DNA of 64,000 bases from an uncultured Chloroflexia bacterium (lineage in GTDB: Bacteria; Chloroflexota; UBA6077; JACCZL01). The DNA is taken from the NCBI GenBank assembly GCA_963765765.1, contig CAVXYC010000025.1, positions 32,001-96,000 of the forward strand, in the 5' to 3' direction. Under the pieces are notes generated by a model that made no database searches, was not told the origin of the DNA, and was given only the letters and a program-made list of their open reading frames with translations. Below, in pieces: positions 52,174-63,304 of this stretch. The position numbers and the translations under genes are program-made. Each line of letters opens with the position of its first letter. Position 1 is the first letter of the stretch.

Positions 52174-55040
52174 ACCTGCCTGCCCGTCTTCGGATCGTAT
52201 TTCACTTCCACCGGCACGATCTGGTCCGTCGGCAGGATCTCGATCCACTGATCGAAGATCTCGTAGTTCTTCACCGACGTTGAAGCGGAAGCTGTCCTCC
52301 AGCGGAAAGAATCCATGCTCGTAGACGCGGTCGATCGGGGTGGCGGTGACGGTGTTCTCTTCGTCGACCAGTGCCGGATCCGACACTTCGTCCTGCTTCG
52401 GATACTTGCCGGTCTCGATGCCTTCCCGTACTTGCGTCTGATCTTTCTCCGCGAGATCCATCAGCACGTCGATCAGCTTCTGCCCTTCGAGCGGCTCACC
52501 GTTCACGTCCTTCTCGTCAGGGTTGCTGGAGTGATAGATGACGTCGTCAGTGATGCCGTTCATCCCCTCGACGCCCTTGAGCCAGTTGATGGCCGCCTGC
52601 TCCTTGCCGGGGCGGATGGGAATCACGGCCTTCACCCACGGCGCGTTGAGGAATGCGTTGCGCATGTTGTCGCCGTCGAGCTGCAACAGCCATCCGAGCG
52701 AGCTGCCCAGCTTCGCGGGCTCGGAGTCTTCGGTGATGGAGTAGTTGTCCCGCTGCGCGTCGTCGACACCACCCCAGCCGACGGTGCTCGCACTCATGAC
52801 GCCGGAGGGCACGCTCGCGTTCGCCGTCAGAACGCGCTTCACCAGCCCCCGCTGCATCACCGACGTCTCGATGTTCGCGAGGCCGCCGATGTCGAAGGTC
52901 GGCCGCGGCGGTGTCGGCTGCACCTGCTGCCGGCTGCGATGGAGCCGCGGTCGCCACCATTCCGGCGCGACAAAGTACAGCATCTTGTCGATGTCGAAGA
53001 TCGAGTTCAGGAGCTCCGCCATGACGTGACGGGTGCGATCGTCCGGCATGTCAACGCCGCTGAGCAGCATGTCCTGAATCAGCTTGCGGTACACGACGAT
53101 GCGCTCTTCGTCGCGCAGCTCGTCGGCGTTGCGCGTCTGGATCTTGCTCGCGATCGTCACGCGCTCTTTCACCGTCTCGACGTACGCCTTCTGATACGCG
53201 GCGCGTTCGGCTTCGCTTGAAGGCCGCGAGATTGGCCTCATTCTTCGCCGTGACCGCGTCGTTCGCGCCGGCCTTCGGCGCCCAATGCAGGACGAGCTTG
53301 ATCTGAACGCTGTTCTGGCCTTGAAAGTCGGCGGAGTCGAGATGCAGGATGAACGCGCCGTCACTTGGGAAGCGTGCCGAGGCGCGACACGCTGACCGGC
53401 TTGCCCATGGGGATCGAAGTCGACGTGCGTCAGCATGTGGTTCGCCTTCGGACAGACGAAGTCCTGCGGGAAGTCCGTCTGGATCTTCTCCAGTTCTCCA
53501 TGCCATTCGGAGTCGTCCACTTCCACGCCGTCGACGTAGACCTCCCCTTCGTTGTCCGCATCGCTCGGCGACGGAGATGAAGGGGATGGTGACCATCCTC
53601 TCTTCCTGGAACGGCTGCAGCAGCGGGATCTCCTCGGGGTGCGGGATGCCGTCGAGATCGGCCGGCTTGGCGATGTGAATCAGCTTCGCGACGCCAAGGT
53701 CGCGGCCGGGATCATCAACGTACGTCTGCCAGCAGAGAAACGTGCCGATATCCTGCACCTGCACGCCGACCTGCCGCATCTTCCGCCGCAGCTCGTAGTT
53801 GATGAGCTCGTGCGTCGTGTTGGCCATGGTGTGCTTGATGCTCACCGAGTCGCTCGTCTCGGTCGACGGTGTTGAACGTCGACTTGAAGTTCTTGCGGAT
53901 CTCCGACGAGAGCTTCTCCGTCTTCTGGCGCATCTGCTTGTGCGTGACTCTCGCGCGCCATCTGCTGCGAGTTCGTCATGTCGAAGCTCGACGTCGCTTC
54001 GATCGAGCCGTACGACGCCTGCACGCTCGCGCCGAACTTGATGTCCCGCTGGTTGTCCTGCTTGACGGCCTCGGAGATCTCGTCCTGCTGCGTGGTCACG
54101 GTCTCCGACTTGGTCACCGTCTCCAGACTCTCTCGAGCGTCTTCTCCACGATCGTTTTTCGGGTGTGGACTTCGATCAACTCCACGCTCGAGCCGGGACT
54201 CAGCCAGACGTGGCTGACGGGCGTGCCGAGGAACGTGTCGAGCTCGAAGAAATACTGGCGGAACAGATGGACGACCGCGATCGGCGACAATGCCACGCTG
54301 CGGATGTGCTCGCGGTCCTGCGGATCGATGGTCTCGAGGCTGAGCAGCGCCTCCGCACCGTCCTGGGCCATCGCCTTCGCGATCAGTTGCTGCGCTTCCT
54401 CGATGCTGTTGCGCGTCGCGTAAAACATGTCCGTCAACACGGCAAACGCCTTCGTGCGGACAAGATGGGCCAGCACGCCGGCGACCGAGGACTCGTACTG
54501 CACCTGCTGCTCGAACGCCGCCATCTGCGCGTTGTTGCGCGCGAGCATCGCCTGAGGGTCCGTCCCGCGTGTGCGCATCAGCGTGTCGAACGTCTCGGCG
54601 CCCGCTTTGCGAAGGTCTCCATAGGCGCGCGTGTAGAACTGGACGACGTCGTTCTTCAGGATTGTCTGCAGCCGGTCGTCCGTGATGACGGCCGGCCAGA
54701 CCGCGGGCTCGAGCCGCTCGAACGGCGGCAGTTCCGCCGAGATCTTGAGGAGAACGATGCTGTCGAATTGACGGAGCTTGCCGCCGACGAGCACACCCGG
54801 ATCGACGTCGATCCGGACCTGCTGGTTCTCGCCATAGGTGATATCGACGAGGGGGGCGAACCTACGCTTTAACGTCTCGAGCAGTTGCCGCTTGTCGTTC
54901 TGGTAGCCGTCCCGCAGTCGCTGCTCGACGCGTTTTGACTTCCATCCGAGCAGCGGCTGGTAGACCCCGAACATCTCGCTGGCGTATGGCAGCACGGACG
55001 TGTAGTCGGTGAGATCGGTGATTCGCTTGACGGTGGTCAT
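52170..55040 (-). CDS. Large (~950 aa) hypothetical protein with a Ser/Thr-rich beta region, possibly pore-forming-toxin-like; many frameshifts
   Basis: AAGGAG RBS; consecutive in-register fragments (SPIAVVHLFRQYFFE, KFGASVQASYGSIEATSSFD, INYELRRKMRQV, APEWWRPR, WLLQLDGD, KYDPKTGRQV-stop). Confidence 0.7.
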
Positions 55041-55210
55041 CGTTACTCCTTCTTTCCGTCCGCCGCTCACCCAGTCGACGGTTCATCATCATAGTCTGCA
55101 TTGCCACTCGAGCTCTCTGGACTGCTGCGACGACGATCTGGTACCCAGAACCCCCATTCTGGCCATCAGCAGCATCGCTTTCATTCGCGGACGAGCAACT
55201 CGGCGGGGCA

Positions 55211-55613
55211 CTAGAATACGGGCAGGACGCGGTTATGGGCACTTTGCTTAAGCTCGCGAGCGATCCAGGTCGGTGCGACAGCGTCGGATGGAAATGTGAT
55301 GTGCAGCCGATCATTGGGTGAGCCCATCAGGATCACACCGGCGGGCAGGCTTCCCGCAGAAAGTGAGACATCCTTGATCTCCGATGGCGCCCCAGTGCTC
55401 GGCATTCTGTCGGTCCTGGAACTGGCGGAGTTCGCCATGGAGGCTACCGAGGTCAAGACTCCCGTCGGTCGCGGTGGAACTCAACTGACGGTAATGTTGG
55501 GCCAGCTCGAAGATCGTTACGTACGATGCCTCGGTCGTCGAAGCAGGCGGTGACGGTTCAGCGTCGGAACCCAAACTCGGGCTAACTGGGCGGTCACTGG
55601 TGCCGGTTGTCAT
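55211..55613 (-). CDS. Hypothetical protein (probable frameshift near 55395)
   Basis: Two adjoining minus-strand ORFs join into a protein-like sequence co-oriented with neighbours. Confidence 0.35.
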
Positions 55614-56466
55614 GTGCCGACCCCCGTGTCAGTTGTGCTCGGAGCGTGCGACGCGGCCTGACGATCTCTTCCGGACGGGCTACCGCAGTGGCATGTTCGG
55701 CGAACAACGCCGCGCGTACGTGCCTGATCGCGTCAGTTGTCGCGGCCGTACCGCTCGAAGACCGAGAAGAACGGGCCCCGTTACCGACTCGGTCCGCGAA
55801 ACCGACAAGCGCGGCACCGGGCTTTCCCTTTGCTTCCTGCATCGTTCCGCTCCGGCGTGTGTTCTGACGCTGCACAGTTGCATACGGGCAATAGCGTGTC
55901 AAGGCCCTCTTGGCTGCACGTGGAGAGTACGCGCCGCGCAGCGCTCGGCCACTGAATTCCGCCACTCGGTCTGACCCGCTCGGGGGCGGCATTCCGAGGA
56001 GAGGTGGGCTCCAGTTCATTCTTAAAGGGGCCGAGCGATCATCGGGCGCCGCGAGATCATCGCTGCCGTCGCGCATTATCGCTCGCAACCGACGCCGTCG
56101 CGATCGCCGCCGAACCGGTGCGGATTCGGCGGCCGCACGGCGAAGTTGCAGTGCGGGATGTCGGGGCAGTCCAGATGCGACGAGCCAAGTCCCACGTTTG
56201 ACAGGCTCCGTAGTACCGTAAATATGAGTTCGGTGGCGATCACGTTCAGACGTGCCAGTCGGGCGAGCGCCGACTCTCAACTGTTGCCCCAGACCAGACA
56301 CGTGCGCCCGACCCGGTGCGCACGTGTCCGTCGTCATATGCTCCACCCGGGCGTCCGAATTGCGACGACCAGACGAGCCGATCGGAAAGACGAGGTGGAT
56401 GGGCAGATCCGGGAGGGCTCGGGCCTTCCCCGGAGCCGTCGGCGATGCGCGGCCCTGGCACGGCGA

Positions 56467-58422
56467 CTACCAGACCACTTCGTAGATATGCTGGTCGGTC
56501 CCGCGGTACGCGACGTGCTGCGTGCTCGGGCCCTCGACGGGGAAGGCCGCGGGCCGGTCCGCGGCCGGCGGCACCCCGTAGAACGCCGTGAGGTCGACGT
56601 GCGCCGGTGTGCCTCCGCCCGGCGTCCATGAAATGTCGTGCAGTCGGTTGTTGGACGAGCGGTAGATCACGTGCTTGGTGTTCGTACCGGCACTGTAGTA
56701 GGCGGCGAGCGCACCGGCCGGCGGCGGGGTGCGCCCGAGGGCGCCGTGAGGTCCCAGCCCACGACCGGGGCAAGGCCTTGCCAGTATAGCTCCCACAGAT
56801 GCCCGTCATTGCCAAGATAGACGATCTGGTGGGTATCATCGTGGGCCGTGTAGTAGGCGACGGGGTCGCCCGTGGCCGAGGGCGTGCCGGCGTAGCCGGA
56901 CAGGTCCTCCGTATGGGGGACCTGTCTCGTCCAGTACAGGCTGCGGATACGGTTGCCCCCGCCACGGTAGATCACGATGTTCTCGCCGCTGCCGTTGACG
57001 AACGCCGAGGGTTGGCCGTCGGCTGGAGGCGCGGACGCTAGCGCGGTGAGGTCGCCCCCGTACAGTACGGGAGCCAGGCCGAACCACCGTAGCTCGTGCA
57101 GGTGGCGGTTGCTGGTTCGGTAGATCACGTGGTGCGTATCGGCAGCGGCCGCATAGTAGCCCACCGGATCGGCGGCGGCGTGGGGCGCCCCGGCGGTGCC
57201 ACCGAGATCGTCGTGCCCCACATCCCCGGTCGACCAATAGAGGCTGCGCACGGTTCCGTCGCCGCCGCGGTACAGCAGGATCTCGGTGTTCCGGCTCGTG
57301 TCGACGTAGGCGAACGGGGTCCCCACGGCCTTGGGTGCGCCGGCGTTTTCGGTGAGGTTCGTCGTACCGGTGTTGCCCTGGGCGTCCCGCCACAGCTCGT
57401 GCAGCCGCCCGGACGTGTCGCGGTAGGCGATATTCTGGACCCCGAGCCCAGGCAGCACACAGGCCGTGGGCGGCGACGCGGCGGGCGGCGTGTCGAACTC
57501 CGCGGTGCGATCCACCAGGTGCTGGTTCGGATCATTGACCCGGACGGAGAACCCGCCGGGCAACGCGCCGACCACCTGCACGTTGAGTCCATCGTCCAGC
57601 GTGAAGGACTGGCCCGGCTGGAGCGCGGTTGTCGTCAGAAGCTCGATTGGGGCGAGCTTCTGCGCGTGACCGAGCCGATCCGACGTCTGAACACGGTAGA
57701 CAATCACGCCTTCGCTGGGGATATTGCGGTCGAACTGGTCGACCCGCTGGCGTGCTTCGATCATCACGTACGGAACCTGTGAACCGACCCGTACGGCCGT
57801 CACCCTGCCGGATGGGGGCGGCTGGGTGAGACCGACCGAGTACAGGTCGTACCGTCCCGAGCCGAGCGCGTACCGTTTGATGGCGGACCCATCGAGCCAG
57901 CCGACGGCCGCCTTCGTGTAGGCCGAAGGATGGGTGCCGCAACGAGCAGGCCATCTCATCGAAGGCGCCCATGTTGCCGCCGAACGGGTAGAGATCACCA
58001 AACCCGGTGAGGGAGTGCATGAATTCCATGGCCCACACGCCGAGGCCTTCGAGCATGACGAACCGCACCCAGAAGCCCGAGCTGGTGCCGGCGCCGAGTC
58101 CGCCGAGCATGACGATCGCCGCGGCATCGAATCCCTGGTTCCGCAATTGGGAGCCGAGTTGCCCTTCGAGAATATTGGGCGGCACATCCTGCTGGTCGAC
58201 GACCTGCATCGGCAGCACCACCACGTCGAGATCCGCCCGTCCCGACGACGCGGCACGGATATACGCGCGCAGCGATCGGTCCGCCTTAGACTGCGGGTCA
58301 GGATCGAACAGAACCCGACGCAGGATCTCGTTGTTCCAGTCCGCCGGAATCTGGTCCGGTGGATGCGCGTGTGGCCGATACAGCGGGATAAACGCGAGCT
58401 TCTTCTGTCCAATCCAGGTCAT
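56467..58422 (-). CDS. M6-like metallopeptidase domain fused to a 7-bladed lectin-type beta-propeller; frameshifts near 57940 and 56720
   Basis: AAGGAG RBS; MEFMHSLTGFGDLY...HPSAYTK...GWL...IEARQ; seven (H/N)(V/I)xYRxxxGxLxELxW-type repeats. Confidence 0.8.
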
Positions 58423-58799
58423 CGTCTTCTCCTTCCGGTTCGTGAGCTCGGGTCGCATTCGGTAGATGACGCGGCAGGCATGATCTGCCGGGATGGAACC
58501 CATCCGAATAGCCGCCGTGTTCGGGGGGCGGTCAGACCCCCTCGTGCTCGCCGCTCACGGTCGCCTGCAACTCGTTGTTCTTCTCGCTGAATTCGGCGAC
58601 CATCTCTTTCGCGTCCACTCGCGTGGTGCGCCGATGTTCGCGCCGCCGCTACCGCACATCGTCGAACCGGGCCTCGCCCCCAGGCTGGGCATCCATCGTA
58701 TCGACTGCATCGGGCTCCTCCGTCGGTTCTGGACTCGCCCACAGTCTGCGGCGCGAGCGCCTGCGCCACCACCGACACTCGTACAGTTGCCTCACACAG

Positions 58800-58987
58800 T
58801 TTCGAGCCGTATCGCCTCGAGCCAGCGCTGCGAGTACGATGAAAGGCTCTGGCAACAGCTGGACACTTTACCCGTGCACCGTCGTTACTCCTGCTGCTCG
58901 GGCGGCTTCTTTGAATCGAGCTTTCATCGCTTCGAGCAGAACATCATTCCAAAACAATACGGCGTTGTCCGTTCTCGTGAGCACCAC
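58800..58987 (-). pseudogene. Possible N-terminal relic of a vanadium haloperoxidase/PAP2-like gene
   Basis: GGAGG RBS, then DNAVLFWNDVLLEA; later VARAF/IVLAAL in shifted frames. Confidence 0.35.
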
Positions 58988-59296
58988 AGGAACCTCCCTC
59001 TGAGTGAGACCGATACTCACCAAAGGGCATTTCCGCAGTCCGCTGTTACCACCCCATCATGGTCTCTCAACGGCTCTGGTTATGCAGTCGGGGCATCCCA
59101 CATCTCAGTTCGGCTGCTCACGGGGTAGCGGCGTGAGTAGCCGAACGCTGAGTCGCGCGGTTCTCTGGGAGTCGTGCTAGCGGCCCGTGTCTGGGGGGCT
59201 CCCAGTAACGCGGGGGCCTGGTGGCAACCTTTGCGTAGTGATGGCCGGGCTGACCGGACTCGACTGGGCTGAGCCGGCCGTGGATCGAGGTGCGCC

Positions 59297-59701
59297 ATGG
59301 AACGGACTCGTAATCGGCGCCCGACAGGGGATGGTGCGGCAGGACTCACGATCCGGTCGAGTGTATCCATCGAACAGCAGGCGACCGAGCGAGCGGACCG
59401 GGCCGAGGCAGAGCGGAATGAGCTTCGGGCCGAGCTGGCGCGTCGCCGGGCCGAGTTCGTCGGGGCGCAGGCAAGGCAGTGCGCGACGTTCGCCCACGAG
59501 CGGCATCGAGCCGAGGCCGCTGAAGCCCGCGAAGCGGCGCTGCGAGAGGCGTTGGAAGTGAGCAGGGGATCGTTTCGCAAGCTCATGCGGCACCATCGGG
59601 ACGACCATCACGGCGGCACGCAGCCCTACGACCAGGAGGTCGCGACCGGACTCTGGCACTTGGAAAGGGTTCTTGCCGCCGCTGGTCGGGTCGGCGCCTA
59701 G
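59297..59701 (+). CDS. Phage-like coiled-coil hypothetical protein
   Basis: RAEAERNELRAEL...RAEAAEAREAALREAL heptads. Confidence 0.5.
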   Translation: MERTRNRRPTGDGAAGLTIRSSVSIEQQATERADRAEAERNELRAELARRRAEFVGAQARQCATFAHERHRAEAAEAREAALREALEVSRGSFRKLMRHHRDDHHGGTQPYDQEVATGLWHLERVLAAAGRVGA

Positions 59702-59702
59702 C

Positions 59703-60485
59703 TCACCTCATGCGCACGCCGGGCGGCTTGGCGCACCCGGGCGATACGATGGCATTCCAGACAGGAGCGGCCGCGCGAATCCTTGCGGAGCCGGCTGTTT
59801 CGGGCGTTTGGAGGTGGCCATTGCGGCAGACGCTGTTCGGAAGTGTTCCTGTCCCGATGATGCCCAGGGCGGGATCGTAGCGCTGGCCACGACGAGCGGG
59901 GGTCCAGTGCCCGAAGTAGACGCAATGCTGATGGCCGTCGGGGCAGGTGGTGGCGAGAACCTTCCCGCGGTGTATCGGTCCGACAAAGTGTTCGGAGGCG
60001 ATATGGTGGGCCGACCTCCACGTCGTCCCGTCCCAATAGCGGGCGAACCCACTCCTGATGTTTGCGAGCCAGAGCCAGCATGTTCGAGTTCTCCTGATCT
60101 GATCCCAGAAGTTGGCCGGGAGAGGGTTGAGTGCCGGAGCTGCTGGCACCGTCACCGGTGGCCTGACGTGAGCCGCCTGGCGCCACCTGATGTAGTCCTC
60201 ACGGCACAGGCCATCCTTCTCGGCCAGATTGGTGCAACAATCAACGGAGCATTGGGCTTGCCTTGGTCGGACGGGATCATCGGTAGTCCCCGTCGCTTGC
60301 CATCGTTGGTAGTGTCGTTGGCACCATGTTCGAGCCTGCTGAGGTCGGTCGCAGCCCGGGATGGAACATTCAGGGTGCAAACCGGCCTGGACGTTCCCGC
60401 CGTGGAACTCGATCAGTAGACCCGTGCAGTCGCCAGCGCTGGTAATGCATATCGCACCACCCGCGCTTGCTTTCTCGCTTGTCAC
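59703..60485 (-). CDS. Degenerate phage HNH endonuclease-like protein with Cys/His zinc motifs (start uncertain)
   Basis: CSIPGC...WCQRHYQRW, a second similar motif, FWDQI..TCWLW...AHH...FVGPI...C...CV...H, CRNGH. Confidence 0.65.
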   Translation of the reverse strand: MTSEKASAGGAICITSAGDCTGLLIEFHGGNVQAGLHPECSIPGCDRPQQARTWCQRHYQRWQATGTTDDPVRPRQAQCSVDCCTNLAEKDGLCREDYIRWRQAAHVRPPVTVPAAPALNPLPANFWDQIRRTRTCWLWLANIRSGFARYWDGTTWRSAHHIASEHFVGPIHRGKVLATTCPDGHQHCVYFGHWTPARRGQRYDPALGIIGTGTLPNSVCRNGHLQTPETAGSARIRAAAPVWNAIVSPGCAKPPGVRMR

Positions 60486-60515
60486 AACCTGGGACGGAGC
60501 ACGTCACCACGGACA

Positions 60516-60890
60516 TCAGAGTACGCTCTCGAAGCAGGCGATGATGGCGTCTCGATTGGCCCGCACCTCGTCACGCTGCGGTTGATCGTCCGCCAGGATA
60601 CCGAAGGACAGCGTGACCTCAGGGTGCCGTGAATGGACGTAGTTCTCTTTGGGCTGTCCACCACTCAGCACGGCGGATGCGGCCGTCCACTGGAGCGATG
60701 CGCCGCTCGGCGGGTCTGAGAGCACATGGAACTGGATGTGCGGCGTGGGCTGCTCCACGACACTGACATCGGTCATGGTGATGCAGCCGGTGTCTCGGGA
60801 AGCCATCGCCGCTACGATGTCCACGGGGTTGGTGGGCTCGTCGCCGATGGCCGCGGCCGTGAGTAGGACGGAGAGTAGGGTCGGCAGCAT
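60516..60890 (-). CDS. Small secreted hypothetical protein
   Basis: Signal-like LLSVLLTAAA; 124 aa. Confidence 0.55.
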   Translation of the reverse strand: MLPTLLSVLLTAAAIGDEPTNPVDIVAAMASRDTGCITMTDVSVVEQPTPHIQFHVLSDPPSGASLQWTAASAVLSGGQPKENYVHSRHPEVTLSFGILADDQPQRDEVRANRDAIIACFESVL

Positions 60891-60944
60891 GATGCGGCCA
60901 TTCTACATCTGGTGTTCAGCATCTGGTGTTCGGCGTGGACACTG

Positions 60945-63304
60945 TTACTGGACCACGACGGTCCCGCGATTGGTGATGTGGAAGCGGCAGAAGTAATCGT
61001 AGCGCCCCGGGATTCTAAATGTGTGAGTGAACACATCACCTCCTTGTAGAGGTCCGGAATCAAATTGTCCCAGCAGGTGTGAGACCGTATGCTCGCTCTG
61101 ACCGCGGTGCTCCCATCGTACCGTCGTCCCGATGGGTACGGTGAGCTGGTTGGGGGCGTAGAAGTTATCTCGTAAGAGCACTGTAGGACCATCGAGAGGT
61201 GGCGGACCGGCAGTCTCCGTTGGTGCGGTAGCGGAGACGTGCTCATGATTTGTCGCCGGTTGATCCGGACTCACCATGACCATGGTGTGCATGCCACCGA
61301 GCCAGACTCCGTTGTTGGTGTTTGCCGTCTCAAAATGGTCGTGCAATGGGAAATGGCCGGTCTGATCGGCAACGAAGATGAGATCAGACGTTTCACCCGG
61401 GCCGAGAAGTACGGTGTCCTTCATCGGACCGTTCAGCCAGGGCCGACCATTGAACGCCGCTATTTGGAAGTGGAATCCGTGGAGGTGCATGGCGTGGGCC
61501 ACCTGGCCCGTGTTCACAGCGCGAATCGAGCACCCGGTCACCAAGCTGAGCACGGATTACGCTGGAGGGATCGACCTCCGTATCCGGGTATGCCCGACCG
61601 TTGATCAGGAAGTAATTCGGCTCGTACGAAGCCCAATCGTACGGCTGAACGGCTCCCTGCAGGGCGTTGCGCGTATGCTCATGCCCCGGCGCGTCGAGCT
61701 CGCTCAGAACCATCGTCAGCTCCTGACTGAAGGCTGGCTCATGCGTGTCCAGGGTCTCCGAGGCATCCGTCGATTTGACAATAAATGAGCCGTACATCCC
61801 CATCTGTTGATCCTCAAACGGGACTGCCGCTCCGGAGTAGGAGAAGGTGCCGACGGAGCTTGCATTCACTCGGTAGGTGTGGGAGCCACCCGGGGGGACC
61901 ACGAGTAGGCGCGCTGGTCGGGTCGTGCAGACCGTTGATCTGGAGCGCGTGGCCGCGCCCGGTTGGGTCACGATCGTTCACCAGTGAGATGTCGAGCGTT
62001 TCCCCCTGGTGCGCGACGATCGGGGGACCGGGTACTTTGGCGTCCCCGGACGGGTCGTCAGTGAAGCCATACACATAAATGCTGGCACCGTCTGGCAGGG
62101 TCTTCCAACCGTCGCGGACGTACAGAGTCAGTGTGCGGACAGCCTCCTCGGCGGTCGTGTCGACATAAGTCTGACCTGGCACGATTGGAAGTGCTGGACG
62201 GTATGGCTGATCTACATGGTCGTGGAGTGCGATGGGAGATGCGTGACCCGCATCAAAAAGTAAGTCGTACTTCTCGCCCGGCCCAAGCCAGATCGTGTCT
62301 GTCACTGGTCCGGCCGGCCAGGGGCGGCCGTCTGTGGCTACTACCGAAAAGGTTTGACCGTGCGCATGCAATGAATGAGCGATATAGCCGGCATTGATCG
62401 CCCGCACAAGTACACGCTCGCCGGGCTCGCTGGCCAGAGCTGTCACTGTGCCAGATCTATCCAGCGACATCTGGTCATTGACGAGAAAATAATCGGGGCG
62501 AAAACGCAGCCAGTTATAGGGATCGCCGCCCTCTTTCACAGCCCGCCGCGCCTGCTCGTGTCCAGCAGCGCCAAACTCGGCGAGAACCAGCGTGTGCTCA
62601 CGCTGGAACGACGGACCGTGGGTATAGGCAGTCTTTGCGCCATTCGCCGCATGCACAATGATCGGCCCGTACATGCCCATCTGCTGATGCTCAACATTGT
62701 TCTGGTGACAATGGTAGAAGTACGTCCCGGCGTGGCTGGCTACGAATCGATACGTGAAGGAGCCGCCCTGGCGAACGAGGCCGGCGGGATGTGTTTCCGG
62801 GACACCATCGTGCTCGGTTGGTACATCTAGGCCGTGTAGATGGATGGTGTGACCCTCACCCAAGGGCTGCCGATCGCTAGCGGTCGGGTCGCGATCGTTG
62901 ACCAGCGTGATCTCAACGCTGTCGCCCTCGTCCACGACGATCGGCGGACCGGGCACCATGGGCACGCCATTGGGATCCTCGGTAAAACCCCACACATAGA
63001 CCTGCGAGCCATCAGGCGTTGCTATCCACCCCTCGCGAACGTAGAACGTGAAGCTTCTCGTTTGCGACGACGGTCGTTGCGCTTCCGCGAGGTCTACGGT
63101 GGTTGCTGTCCCCACCAGGAGGAGCGCCGCCATCGTTACCAGGGGACGCGGGCCAAGTCCTCGCAGGACGCGAACAGCCTGTGCTCCACACGCGCGGAAT
63201 CGCCCCAACAGAGTTCTCCAGTCTGCAATCTCGAGGTTGGCACCGGAGTGTCCGGCGCCAACCTCGACGCGGTGCCTAGCGCGGCTCGACGACGATTGTC
63301 CCAC
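60945..63304 (-). CDS. Multicopper oxidase-like protein: tandem two-domain units plus C-terminal cupredoxin; frameshifts near 61910 and 61530 (start may be near 63133)
   Basis: HTIHLHG, YHCH..H..MGM, HSLHAHG, LHDH; a repeat of the N-terminal YVRxGW..PDG..YVxGFT block; HAMHLHG, LHDH; HTV..YFCRFH. Confidence 0.85.

Noticed and set aside
52170-55040. Programmed ribosomal frameshifting or phase variation as the cause of the frame breaks
   Set aside because: The breaks are too numerous and are not at evident slippery heptamers or long homopolymers; sequencing error is simpler.
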